From an uncultured Gammaproteobacteria bacterium (lineage in GTDB: Bacteria; Patescibacteriota; Patescibacteriia; UBA9934; CAZDDW01): a stretch of DNA of 64,000 nucleotides. Location of the stretch: contig OZ246408.1 in assembly GCA_965231015.1 (NCBI GenBank), positions 147,755-211,754 on the forward strand, in the 5' to 3' direction. Of the stretch, positions 10,711-19,374 are shown piece after piece. The translations under genes were made by a program, and so were the position numbers. Positions within the stretch are counted from its first letter, which is position 1; the number at the start of each line of letters is the position of its first letter. Below the pieces are notes generated by a model. That model was not told the DNA's origin. It worked only from the letters and a program-made list of their open reading frames with translations, and did no database searches.

Positions 10711-11541
10711 ACTCGACCGAAGTCCGGAAATTTTCCGAACTTCAGTTGAGGAGAGTTAAACCAACACGCAGAGCAAACGGGCTCTGGTTAGGCCTCTTTT
10801 GGTCGCGGTTCTGTGGTGGTTCCGCGCCCCGGAGGTCTAACCGGAACCCCTTTGCCAGGGGTTGTTTATGTTTTGCTTCTAAAGTCCGTGAAATATTTCA
10901 TAGCCTTTGGAAGCGCCGTGAGGGAAATTGTTCCTTCGCGGTGTGGGGCAAGTGCTGATGCCCATTCATTCCAATTCAGCACAACTCTCATCGCCCGAAT
11001 ATCCTCTATAAGTGATAGTGTGCCTGTCATGAAATGGGGAGAATAGGGGTGATGAGATTGGAGAGCCATGAGAAAAATCATGGCCGGATGGTTGCGCAGC
11101 TCGAGCGGCATTCTTGTCGCGGGCTGTCTGCCATACGGACCGGTCCTGTGGGCGACATTGCTCACCTGTTTGGACCCCGCGTGCCGGCACCACGAGCCGG
11201 CAGCGCGGATCGTCACCCGCAAGTAGGTGATGATATCCGTAAGTCGCGATGCCCGGTGCGTTATCCGGGGAGGTCCTTTTCAGGGCCGGTGGCCGACGAG
11301 CCAAAGCGGGGCACCGCATGAAAAGCAGGGGGCGAGTCGGTTGCACACCGACCGCTCCCTTTCCACATCAGCGCGGAGACTCTAGCTCTCTTGCTGGCCG
11401 CCTTGTTTCCTAAGAGGCGTAACAGCCGCCGCTCTGATGTGGCCGCGTGAACATGCGTTCGCGCGGAAAACAGCCCCCGCCTATATCCGGAACGGGTCTG
11501 GATGAAATGGCAAGGGCAAACCGCATGAAAGGAGAAACAAC

Positions 11542-13773
11542 ATGCGGTGTTACACATGGTCCGGGGGCGAGCTCCGAGAGGGGCTCGCTCTGACCCAGGA
11601 CGATCGGCTCGGGCCGGTTGTGTTCCTGGGCGAGGCCGGGCGCGGCCGACGCTACGAAAAGGTAGCGCTCGGTCGGCGCGCTCCGGCCGAGGTGATCAAC
11701 GGGCGCGTGCTCGACGCGCACCCGGCCAAGATCACCCTGCCACCCCGGGACGGGAAGCCCGAGAAGAGCTTCTACGTCCTGGAGAAGCCGCGCCAGCACG
11801 GCGGTGACGCCGTGCTCGTGCGGGTGTACACGTACACGTCGTACATCCGCGGCGGGCGGGGATGTTGGCGGAGGATCGCCGGTGAGCCCATGACCCTGAT
11901 CTCCGGCTACGGCGCCTTCGGCGCTGCCGGCCGGGTCGGGAGCTGGGACGACGGGCTGATCGTCCTCCGCCACGGCGACGTGTTGCGCGTGTCCCCTTCG
12001 CGGGGACAGCACAGCTACGCGCTGTGGCTCGAGGCCGGCCGGCCGGTCACGGCCACCTGGCAGGACTACGAGAACCTCCAGGCGGTCGAGAAGGCCCAGC
12101 AGGTGCTCGAGCAGGCGGCGGAGACGCCCGAGGATCTCGATGTGATCTTCGGCCAGATGCGGACGTTCACGTTCGCGGGTGGCCAGATCACGGCGGGGCT
12201 AAAGGTGACGAAGGGCGCCACCGGCCCGGTCATCGCGTTCGGCGAGTCCGGACGCGGGCGTTCGCTCGTCGAGGTGCCCCTGGTCGGCCTCGACGTCACC
12301 AAGCAGAGCGACAACTACGGTCGCGAGAGCGAAGTGGTCGAGACGGCCAGCGTGGTCAAGCTCGACGAGAAGGCGGCGCCGGCGCGGTACAGCTGGGAGC
12401 AGCCCAAGGTCAATACGATCTACGGGCTCACCCAGACGGGCAAGTCGGAGGACGCCTTCCTCGTCCGCGTGTCGACCGCCGGCCCCTACACCAAGGGGAC
12501 CACCGGCACCGTCGACCCGTGGAAGGGCTCGCCCGTGGTCATCACCTCGGGCAGCGGTGCCCACGGTGACGCCGGCCGCGTCGGCGGGTGGGACGACGTC
12601 CTGCTCGTCGTGCGGGAGGGTGACGTGCTCTTCGTCCGCTCCGAAGGGGGCTACAAGAGCGCGGGTCCGTGGGCGCTGTACGTCGAGGGCGGCGAGCTCA
12701 AGGTCGAGTTCTGGCAGGAGTGGAAGCTCCGCGACGCCAAGAACGACCCCGAGTTCTACGTCGCCCAGCGCACCGCGCCGATGGGCCACACCCCCTCGGA
12801 GTGGGTCGGCCAGGTCGTGACGGTCTGCTACCTCTCGCAGGGGCAGTCCGGCTGTGGCCCGACCAAGACCTACCTCGAGGACCGCGCCACGGGCGAGCTC
12901 GTCCGGATCGGGCAGGAGTCGGTCGTCCTCAACCTCGGTTGGGACGGCAAGGACTACCACGAGTCCACCATCGGTGGTTCGTGGGTCAAGCTCGAGAAGG
13001 ACAAGCAGGTCCGGAAGCTCGACGGTGAGGAGGCGGAGAAGCGCAAGCAGATCCGCACCGAGGCCGAGGAGTTGAAGGACAAGGCCATCCTGGCCACGAA
13101 GCAGAGCCACTTCGAGCTGGCCGAGGCCACCTTGCGCCGCCAGGTGCAGGAGATCGCGCAGGAGTCAGGGTTCGACACCATGTCCACCGAGGGCTGGTAC
13201 GACTCCCTCACCTCCTGGGTCGAGAAGGCCAAGGCCGTGGTCGAGAAATGGCAGGCGACCGAGGCCGAGCTCAAGACGCTCGAGGAGCGCAAGAGCTCGG
13301 GTGAGGTGCTCGTGGACTTCGGCGGCCACTTCCGCGTGATGGGTGCCACCGGCAACGCCCAGTACTGGGTGATCATGCCGGACGGCTCCGAGCGCGACCC
13401 CGACGAGGTGGAGTACCGAAAGCGGTATACCTCGGAGGGGAGCAAAAAGTGGCGGCTGGTCGGTCCCGGGGAGCTGGCGATTTCGTGGTTCAAGGCCTAC
13501 ACGGCCGCGGACCACGAGTTTGTCGTCGACAAGCTCCCCGAGGGTGGTTGCACCGCGGAACAGCTCGTCACGGTTGAGCGCCTCGAGCGCGAGATCGACG
13601 AGCGATTCCGTGGCAGTGTCGGTTGCTCCGGGCAGTCTAGCCCGGACATCGGCCGTGGCTGGGATCTACAGCCAGCCCCCACCCCCACCGCCCCCGTGGT
13701 CGAGTCTACCGGGACGTCCGACTCTTCGGAGCCGGATCTCTCGAGTCTGCTCGGCAAGTGGGGCCGCCGCTAA
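11542..13773 (+). CDS. GC-rich 743-aa hypothetical protein with two tandem homologous domains
   Basis: AAGGAG RBS; high GC3; repeated GExGRGR and GAxGxAGRVGxWDD motifs. Confidence 0.85.
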   Translation: MRCYTWSGGELREGLALTQDDRLGPVVFLGEAGRGRRYEKVALGRRAPAEVINGRVLDAHPAKITLPPRDGKPEKSFYVLEKPRQHGGDAVLVRVYTYTSYIRGGRGCWRRIAGEPMTLISGYGAFGAAGRVGSWDDGLIVLRHGDVLRVSPSRGQHSYALWLEAGRPVTATWQDYENLQAVEKAQQVLEQAAETPEDLDVIFGQMRTFTFAGGQITAGLKVTKGATGPVIAFGESGRGRSLVEVPLVGLDVTKQSDNYGRESEVVETASVVKLDEKAAPARYSWEQPKVNTIYGLTQTGKSEDAFLVRVSTAGPYTKGTTGTVDPWKGSPVVITSGSGAHGDAGRVGGWDDVLLVVREGDVLFVRSEGGYKSAGPWALYVEGGELKVEFWQEWKLRDAKNDPEFYVAQRTAPMGHTPSEWVGQVVTVCYLSQGQSGCGPTKTYLEDRATGELVRIGQESVVLNLGWDGKDYHESTIGGSWVKLEKDKQVRKLDGEEAEKRKQIRTEAEELKDKAILATKQSHFELAEATLRRQVQEIAQESGFDTMSTEGWYDSLTSWVEKAKAVVEKWQATEAELKTLEERKSSGEVLVDFGGHFRVMGATGNAQYWVIMPDGSERDPDEVEYRKRYTSEGSKKWRLVGPGELAISWFKAYTAADHEFVVDKLPEGGCTAEQLVTVERLEREIDERFRGSVGCSGQSSPDIGRGWDLQPAPTPTAPVVESTGTSDSSEPDLSSLLGKWGRR

Positions 13774-13943
13774 CCGAATCCCGTTCGGGCCCATGACGGC
13801 TCGGACGGGAACTATTCTTTCGGCCGAAAACTAAGAAGAGTAATGCCGTAAACTATGCTCTTCTGCGGACTATTCGTCCGTCCGCGCAAGCGGTAACAGA
13901 ATCGGCACTCCCCGGGCCGCCGCAAGGCCCGGTGCACATACAT

Positions 13944-13981
13944 CCCCGAGCGGTTGCGATTGCACATCGCGCCGCTCGGGG
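13944..13981 (+). repeat. Conserved hairpin motif, copy 3
   Basis: ccccgagcgg-tt-gcga-ttgcaca-tcgc-g-ccgctcgggg. Confidence 0.85.
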
Positions 13982-14031
13982 CCTTAACTAAGATTGGGAA
14001 GTGATTCACAATCTTTAATAGGAGGTGAGAC

Positions 14032-14421
14032 TTGATCAGATTAACTCTGACGAGCGGACCGTACGCGGAACGCTCACGAAGCTTCTCGGACAAGATCGCG
14101 GATGACGGATCCGTTGTTGACGCGAACGAGCTTCTTGGATCTCTCGTCAACCACGGCTGGTCCTGGGAGATAGATCTTTCTTCTGCTAGCGCGGAAGAAT
14201 CCTTCATCTGGGGACGAGCCGACATGGTCGCGCGCATTGTTCGGGCGGTCATGGAGCGAAGACCGGTCTGGGTTTTGACCCGCCGGTTCGAGCCCATCGG
14301 TGATCCGTCCACGATCGTGGGAATGATCGAGGACGAGATCGTCGAAAGCGGGCGACTTGTTTACGTGGCTTCGGATGACGAACGAGGTGTTGTCATCGGG
14401 GCGCACGGGTACGAGGAATGA
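14032..14421 (+). CDS. Hypothetical protein (129 aa)
   Basis: AGGAGG RBS before a TTG start; protein-like composition. Confidence 0.75.
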   Translation: MIRLTLTSGPYAERSRSFSDKIADDGSVVDANELLGSLVNHGWSWEIDLSSASAEESFIWGRADMVARIVRAVMERRPVWVLTRRFEPIGDPSTIVGMIEDEIVESGRLVYVASDDERGVVIGAHGYEE

Positions 14422-14603
14422 CCCGCCTTAACTCGCCCAACGTTCTTGAGGAGGATGAACGTTGGGCAAATCCACAAGTTCAGCAAATCAAATATCTGGC
14501 GGATGAGCCCTGAGCTCTCTCGCCAGGAGGAATTTGTCATTTGTTTGGCTCTGCTGGACTTGTGGATTTGAGCTTAATTTAGCCTAAATATCTTTGTCAG
14601 GTC

Positions 14604-14632
14604 TTGACAAACTTAAAAAAATATGGTATAGT
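14604..14632 (+). promoter_or_regulatory. Sigma70-type promoter (leader B)
   Basis: TTGACA-17 bp-TATAGT with a TG extended -10. Confidence 0.8.
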
Positions 14633-14754
14633 GTGAGCGTTACAATCAAAGAGTTGAGAGAGCCCTGGTCCAGGGAAAAGGACAAATGCAAGAAACGGTA
14701 AATGTATACATGTATAAATTGATACATTGATACATTGATACATCTGTTCTTGCG

Positions 14755-14801
14755 AAACCGGATTTGGTTACCTCTCACGAGTTAATTAAATCCGGTTTTT
14801 T
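14755..14801 (+). terminator. Terminator/attenuator-like hairpin of leader B
   Basis: aaaccggatttggtta...taattaaatccggttt followed by a T run. Confidence 0.65.
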
Positions 14802-14809
14802 CATAAGCA

Positions 14810-15768
14810 CAGATCTGAGGAGGAGAGCTCTGACACTAAACTTGAGGAGGGAGGTGTCGGGTGGTATTCAAGTGATTAATCCCGGTTTAACCCGTTCGAC
14901 GGGTTTTAGCTGGCACTATTCACACGCACGAATACCTGGTGGATATACCAACTGCTTGCAGTAGGTCAAGGTCCACATGCCCCTCAGTTCTGTGCTTGGG
15001 AAACCTAGCACCCTATGGCGTGGCCTTATGCTAGTAGTCTAGTAAGGTAAAATAAGTCGGGTGGAAGTCCCGGCCACGCCTGCAAAAATTCCGCCCAGTC
15101 AACAGACCGGGCGTGAAGATATATAAACAAATTTCAGAAAGGAGAAGATTGAAGTACTGAAAGGGTTGCAGGTTAACCCGCCCAAAAAACCTGATCGGGA
15201 TTTGGGACATGGTCGAGCCCGGATTCTAGACGCAAGACCAAAGGGACTATGAAGACGCCCTGCCAATCGAGCCCGTTACGTCATGGGCTGGCAAAAAGTA
15301 TCTTCGTCAAATTTTACAACCGGTGAATCAGGAGGAAGAAATCCGCTAGAGGATCAATCCGTTTGGCAAATCAATCAGATGGTTGAGTTGTGCCAAGAGA
15401 GGATCGGTGAATGCAGAAGGATTGAAGGTCGCTCGGGGGCTTGTTGCTAAGCTACCCGCCCGGGCGATAGTAAAAAACAACCTCGTTAATTCGAGGGTCA
15501 GGGTAGTCGGCGGAGCATGAGGTACTTGTGCTGGAACGTTAGGAACGCCTAAGGATAAAACCGGTGGCTAGTACGAAGCAAACCCAGCATAAAGGCCGTG
15601 CCGAAATTCCGGTACCCGTCGTCAGGTTCGCACCCAAACATGTCGGGCGTCACCTGCCCGTTAAATCCGTCTAGCCAACGGAAGTGGTGAGCCAAGGGGA
15701 AGCAGATCCCCCAGTGAGATTACTTTGGCCCGTGCAACACAAGCACTAACGTGTTGCACGGGCCTTTT
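14810..15768 (+). ncRNA. Candidate large structured non-coding RNA (~950 nt)
   Basis: No credible ORF on either strand; many hairpins; promoter upstream; 14-bp terminator stem at the 3' end. Confidence 0.45.
15727..15768 (+). terminator. Rho-independent terminator
   Basis: ggcccgtgcaacac-N10-gtgttgcacgggcc-tttt, a perfect 14-bp stem. Confidence 0.8.
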
Positions 15769-15890
15769 CCTAAGAGCTTGATACAATTGAATCGAGCGTT
15801 TGGGTGAACATTCACACATGGGTATCACTTAAATGGTTAAAACAAAAAACCCCACAAAGTGAGAGTTTGTTCTCCATAATAAGAATTTTA

Positions 15891-16181
15891 TCAACTCTGC
15901 GGAAACGGTTCGAGTTCTAAGATTCGCCGAGCGTCATCCTCAGTAATCACAGAACGTTCGACCAGGATTTCAAGAGTGGCAGCTAATTTACGATCTTCCT
16001 TGCGAACCAATACTACAAGATCACCACGTAAGTCAGAGAGTTTTTCATCCAAGTAGTCCTTAGTGACCATAGTTGACTCAACCTTGTTTAGTCTTGATTC
16101 AACACCATCAAAACGATCGTCAACATGAGTTGAGAAATCGTTAATGGCCTCTAAAATTTCATTTTTTACAGCATCTTCCAT
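15891..16181 (-). CDS. Small coiled-coil hypothetical protein
   Basis: ILEAINDFSTHVDDRF...MVTKDYLDEKLSDLRGDL; host-like codon usage. Confidence 0.8.
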   Translation of the reverse strand: MEDAVKNEILEAINDFSTHVDDRFDGVESRLNKVESTMVTKDYLDEKLSDLRGDLVVLVRKEDRKLAATLEILVERSVITEDDARRILELEPFPQS

Positions 16182-16223
16182 ACAAAGATAAAATATCATG
16201 GTTCATTGATTTCGACAAGAAAT

Positions 16224-16339
16224 CACCCCATCTAAGTTCTCCAGCCTTTGCCAAGGCTTCGGCCGGCAAGTGGCGAGCTTGAGACCTTGGACGGAGGAAT
16301 GATCCTTCAAAGATTCAACCCACAGTGGAGTAATTCCGC
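16224..16339 (+). repeat. 116-bp exact direct repeat, copy 1
   Basis: Identical to 17247-17362. Confidence 0.95.
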
Positions 16340-17188
16340 ATGGAGCGGAACAGAAACACTGGAGTCGTGATGAAGAATGCCATGATGAAGAATGCCATGA
16401 TGATCTTGACCGTTACAGTATTCACCTTCTGCCTCGGCTGCCTGGACTACGATCTGGTATCCGTCGAGGATGTCGGCGACGAGCACGACCTGGATCAGGT
16501 CGATCCGTCCGACGACGACCCCGATATTGGCGAGCCCCATGCTGTACCCAACGGCGACGAGTACGATTTGCCCGAGGGTGACGATGACACGATCAATCCC
16601 GAGGTCATGTGCGGCATGTACATTGATGACGGGTACTTCGGTACCCCCAACGCCGTCTATGTCGAGAGTCAGCCCATCTGGGGACGTTTGAGCCCGGACG
16701 TGGTCGAGATCAGTCAGGGTGACACGGTGGAGTTGAGCTACGTGATCTTGAACACTCCGTGCGCCGACATCGAGGTCAACTCCATGTTCATCGGAGTATA
16801 CGACTGGTCCAATCCCGAATGGCTCTGGGACCTGTTCGAAGCCTCGATCAGTATGGAGCTCGAGGAGACCTCGACAGGTGACCAGTTCACCCCACACGTC
16901 CCGGTTAACATGTTCGTGACCCCCACCGGCGACCAGCTTCACTATATCTGGAATAGTGATAACGGTCCCTACACCAACTGGGGATCCACACACATGGATG
17001 ATCTGGTCTTCACTCCCGGACAGGCCGAGGTGTTCACCTTCATCTTCACGGCCACAGAGTTCGCGCCAATCGGTAGTGAGTTTGAGATCAGTCTGACCGA
17101 ACTCACTTGGACCGACGTCACCACTGGGCACGACATCATGTCCTACCCATTCTGGGACGTGGCGACAACGGTTCGCGTTGTCGACTAG
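16340..17188 (+). CDS. Putative lipoprotein, acidic and GC-rich (true start may be a downstream ATG)
   Basis: Hydrophobic stretch ending in CLGC (lipobox-like), Asp-rich linker, beta-rich C-terminal domain; high GC3. Confidence 0.75.
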   Translation: MERNRNTGVVMKNAMMKNAMMILTVTVFTFCLGCLDYDLVSVEDVGDEHDLDQVDPSDDDPDIGEPHAVPNGDEYDLPEGDDDTINPEVMCGMYIDDGYFGTPNAVYVESQPIWGRLSPDVVEISQGDTVELSYVILNTPCADIEVNSMFIGVYDWSNPEWLWDLFEASISMELEETSTGDQFTPHVPVNMFVTPTGDQLHYIWNSDNGPYTNWGSTHMDDLVFTPGQAEVFTFIFTATEFAPIGSEFEISLTELTWTDVTTGHDIMSYPFWDVATTVRVVD

Positions 17189-17246
17189 CTCACCACAACA
17201 CCGACATTCCGTCGGTCCCGCCCTCTGTCACTTCTCGACATCAGGG

Positions 17247-17362
17247 CACCCCATCTAAGTTCTCCAGCCTTTGCCAAGGCTTCGGCCGGCAAGTGGCGAG
17301 CTTGAGACCTTGGACGGAGGAATGATCCTTCAAAGATTCAACCCACAGTGGAGTAATTCCGC
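17247..17362 (+). repeat. 116-bp exact direct repeat, copy 2
   Basis: Identical to 16224-16339. Confidence 0.95.
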
Positions 17363-17530
17363 GCGGCACATCCGTTCCGGAGTCACTCGATTCCGGAACA
17401 TCCAAAAACACAGCAATTTGACGAAAAATCTTACGCTCTCTCGCAAGATCTTTCGCCTGAATCTGCTGTGTTTTTGTTTGAGTAAACGCGGCCAAAATGT
17501 TACACTTAGAGCATTAAATAAGCTTATTTT

Positions 17531-19372
17531 ATGTGCGGAATAGTCGGATATATCGGAAAAAAGGAGGTTTTGCCAATTTTGGTGGATGGCTTAAAGCGTC
17601 TTGAATATCGTGGATACGACTCAGCTGGAGTAGCTGTAATTTCTGGTGAAACTCTTCAGGTTGTGAAGGCTCCAGGAAAAATTGTGGAACTCGAAGGAAA
17701 ACTCGAAGGATCAAGTATAAAGGACAAAGGACAAAGGATCGGAATCGCTCATACTCGTTGGGCCACTCATGGTCCGCCGACCGAAGATAATGCTCATCCG
17801 CATACGGACTGTTCGGGTAAACTGGCACTCGTACACAATGGAATTGTAGAAAACTATCAAGAACTAAAAACAGAACTTGAAGCGGATGGTCATAAATTTA
17901 AATCCGAAACCGACACCGAGGTGTTGGTTCATTTGGTTGAAAAACATCTTAAAGATTGTAAGGATTTATCAGAAGCTGTCCGGGAAACTGTAAAAGAAGT
18001 TCGAGGCACGTACGGTCTGGCTGCGGTTTCAGCTGGCGCGCCAGAAGAAATTGTGGTTGCCCGAATGGGCTCACCGATAGTGATCGGACTTGGCAAGGAC
18101 GATTTTTTTGTTGCCTCAGATGCCTCGGCCATCATCAACCACACTCGAAACGTAATTTTTTTGGATGATGGAGAGATGTGTGTTTTGCGTCCTGACGGAT
18201 ACGAAATTAAAACTTTAAGTAACCTGCCAGTGGCTAAGGATCCGGAAGAACTAGAGTGGTCATCCGAAGACGTTCAAAAAAATGGCCAGCCACATTTTAT
18301 GAAAAAGGAGATGTTGGAGCAGCCGGAAGTAATCTTGAATTCAACTCGTGGTCGACTGAAACCGAAAGACGGTAAGGCTATCCTTGGTGGATTGTGCGAT
18401 ATTGCCGAACGTTTGCGTGAGCTTGATCGCATCATCATTGTTGGCTGTGGGAGCGCGTATTATGCAGGATTGGTTGGCGAATATATGCTTGAAGAATATG
18501 CAGGAATTCCGGTTGAAGTCGAGCACGCTTCAGAGTTTCGTTACCGCAAAGCCATTATCGATCGTCACACCGCAGTGCTGGCAATTTCTCAATCAGGTGA
18601 AACAGCGGACACGCTCGCGGCCATTCGGGAGGCCAAAGAAAAAGGTGCACTCACTCTCGGAATCGTGAACACAGTTGGTTCAACCATTGCCCGCGATACA
18701 GACGCCGGAGTTTACAACCATGCCGGTCCAGAAATCGGGGTGGCTTCTACTAAAGCGTTCTTGTCTCAAGTCACGGTACTCGCTTTGATGGGTTTGTTCC
18801 TTGGTCGACAACGGGATCTTAGCATGGTCATGGGTAAACGCATTGCGGACGAAATCAATTTGCTACCGGATAAGTTACAATCAATTTTGGACCAGTTCGA
18901 TTTGATAGTTCAGCTCGCAGAGAAATACAAAGATGCCCGCGATTTCATGTACTTGGGTCGTAAATATTTGAACCCAATCGCTCTTGAGGGGGCTCTCAAA
19001 CTCAAAGAAATTAGTTATATCCATGCTGAGGGTTATGCGGCCGGGGAGATGAAGCACGGACCAATTGCTTTAATCGATCCAGAGTTTCCAGTATTCGTGT
19101 TGGCTCCGAAAGATTCCGTGTATGAAAAGACCATCTCAAACTTGGAAGAGATCAAAGCTCGTGGCGGCAAAATCATTGCTCTTACTACCGAAGGCAATGA
19201 AGAGATTCGAAAGTTGGTTGACGATGTAATCTTTATTCCCAAAACTCTGGAAATGCTAACGCCAATCCTGGCTGTAGTACCGCTTCAGATTTTTGCTTAC
19301 GGTGTGGCAACGGCCAAGGGTTATGATCCAGACAAGCCGCGCAACCTGGCTAAGTCAGTTACCGTCGAATAA
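17531..19372 (+). CDS. glmS: Glutamine--fructose-6-phosphate aminotransferase
   Basis: MCGIVG, LEYRGYDSAG, HTRWATHG, SQSGETADT and PRNLAKSVTVE. Confidence 0.98.
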   Translation: MCGIVGYIGKKEVLPILVDGLKRLEYRGYDSAGVAVISGETLQVVKAPGKIVELEGKLEGSSIKDKGQRIGIAHTRWATHGPPTEDNAHPHTDCSGKLALVHNGIVENYQELKTELEADGHKFKSETDTEVLVHLVEKHLKDCKDLSEAVRETVKEVRGTYGLAAVSAGAPEEIVVARMGSPIVIGLGKDDFFVASDASAIINHTRNVIFLDDGEMCVLRPDGYEIKTLSNLPVAKDPEELEWSSEDVQKNGQPHFMKKEMLEQPEVILNSTRGRLKPKDGKAILGGLCDIAERLRELDRIIIVGCGSAYYAGLVGEYMLEEYAGIPVEVEHASEFRYRKAIIDRHTAVLAISQSGETADTLAAIREAKEKGALTLGIVNTVGSTIARDTDAGVYNHAGPEIGVASTKAFLSQVTVLALMGLFLGRQRDLSMVMGKRIADEINLLPDKLQSILDQFDLIVQLAEKYKDARDFMYLGRKYLNPIALEGALKLKEISYIHAEGYAAGEMKHGPIALIDPEFPVFVLAPKDSVYEKTISNLEEIKARGGKIIALTTEGNEEIRKLVDDVIFIPKTLEMLTPILAVVPLQIFAYGVATAKGYDPDKPRNLAKSVTVE

Positions 19373-19374
19373 TC

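Noticed and set aside
15017-15084. Canonical tRNA or tmRNA gene
   Set aside because: No D arm, no TTC in the T loop, no CCA, and no tag reading frame recognised; kept only as a tRNA-like element
8504-17188. Additional remote DGR targets among the GC-rich genes
   Set aside because: None of their 3' ends resembles the TR by eye
9114-17362. CRISPR array or classical integron
   Set aside because: Repeats are kilobases apart, lack attC core sites, and no cas or intI gene is present
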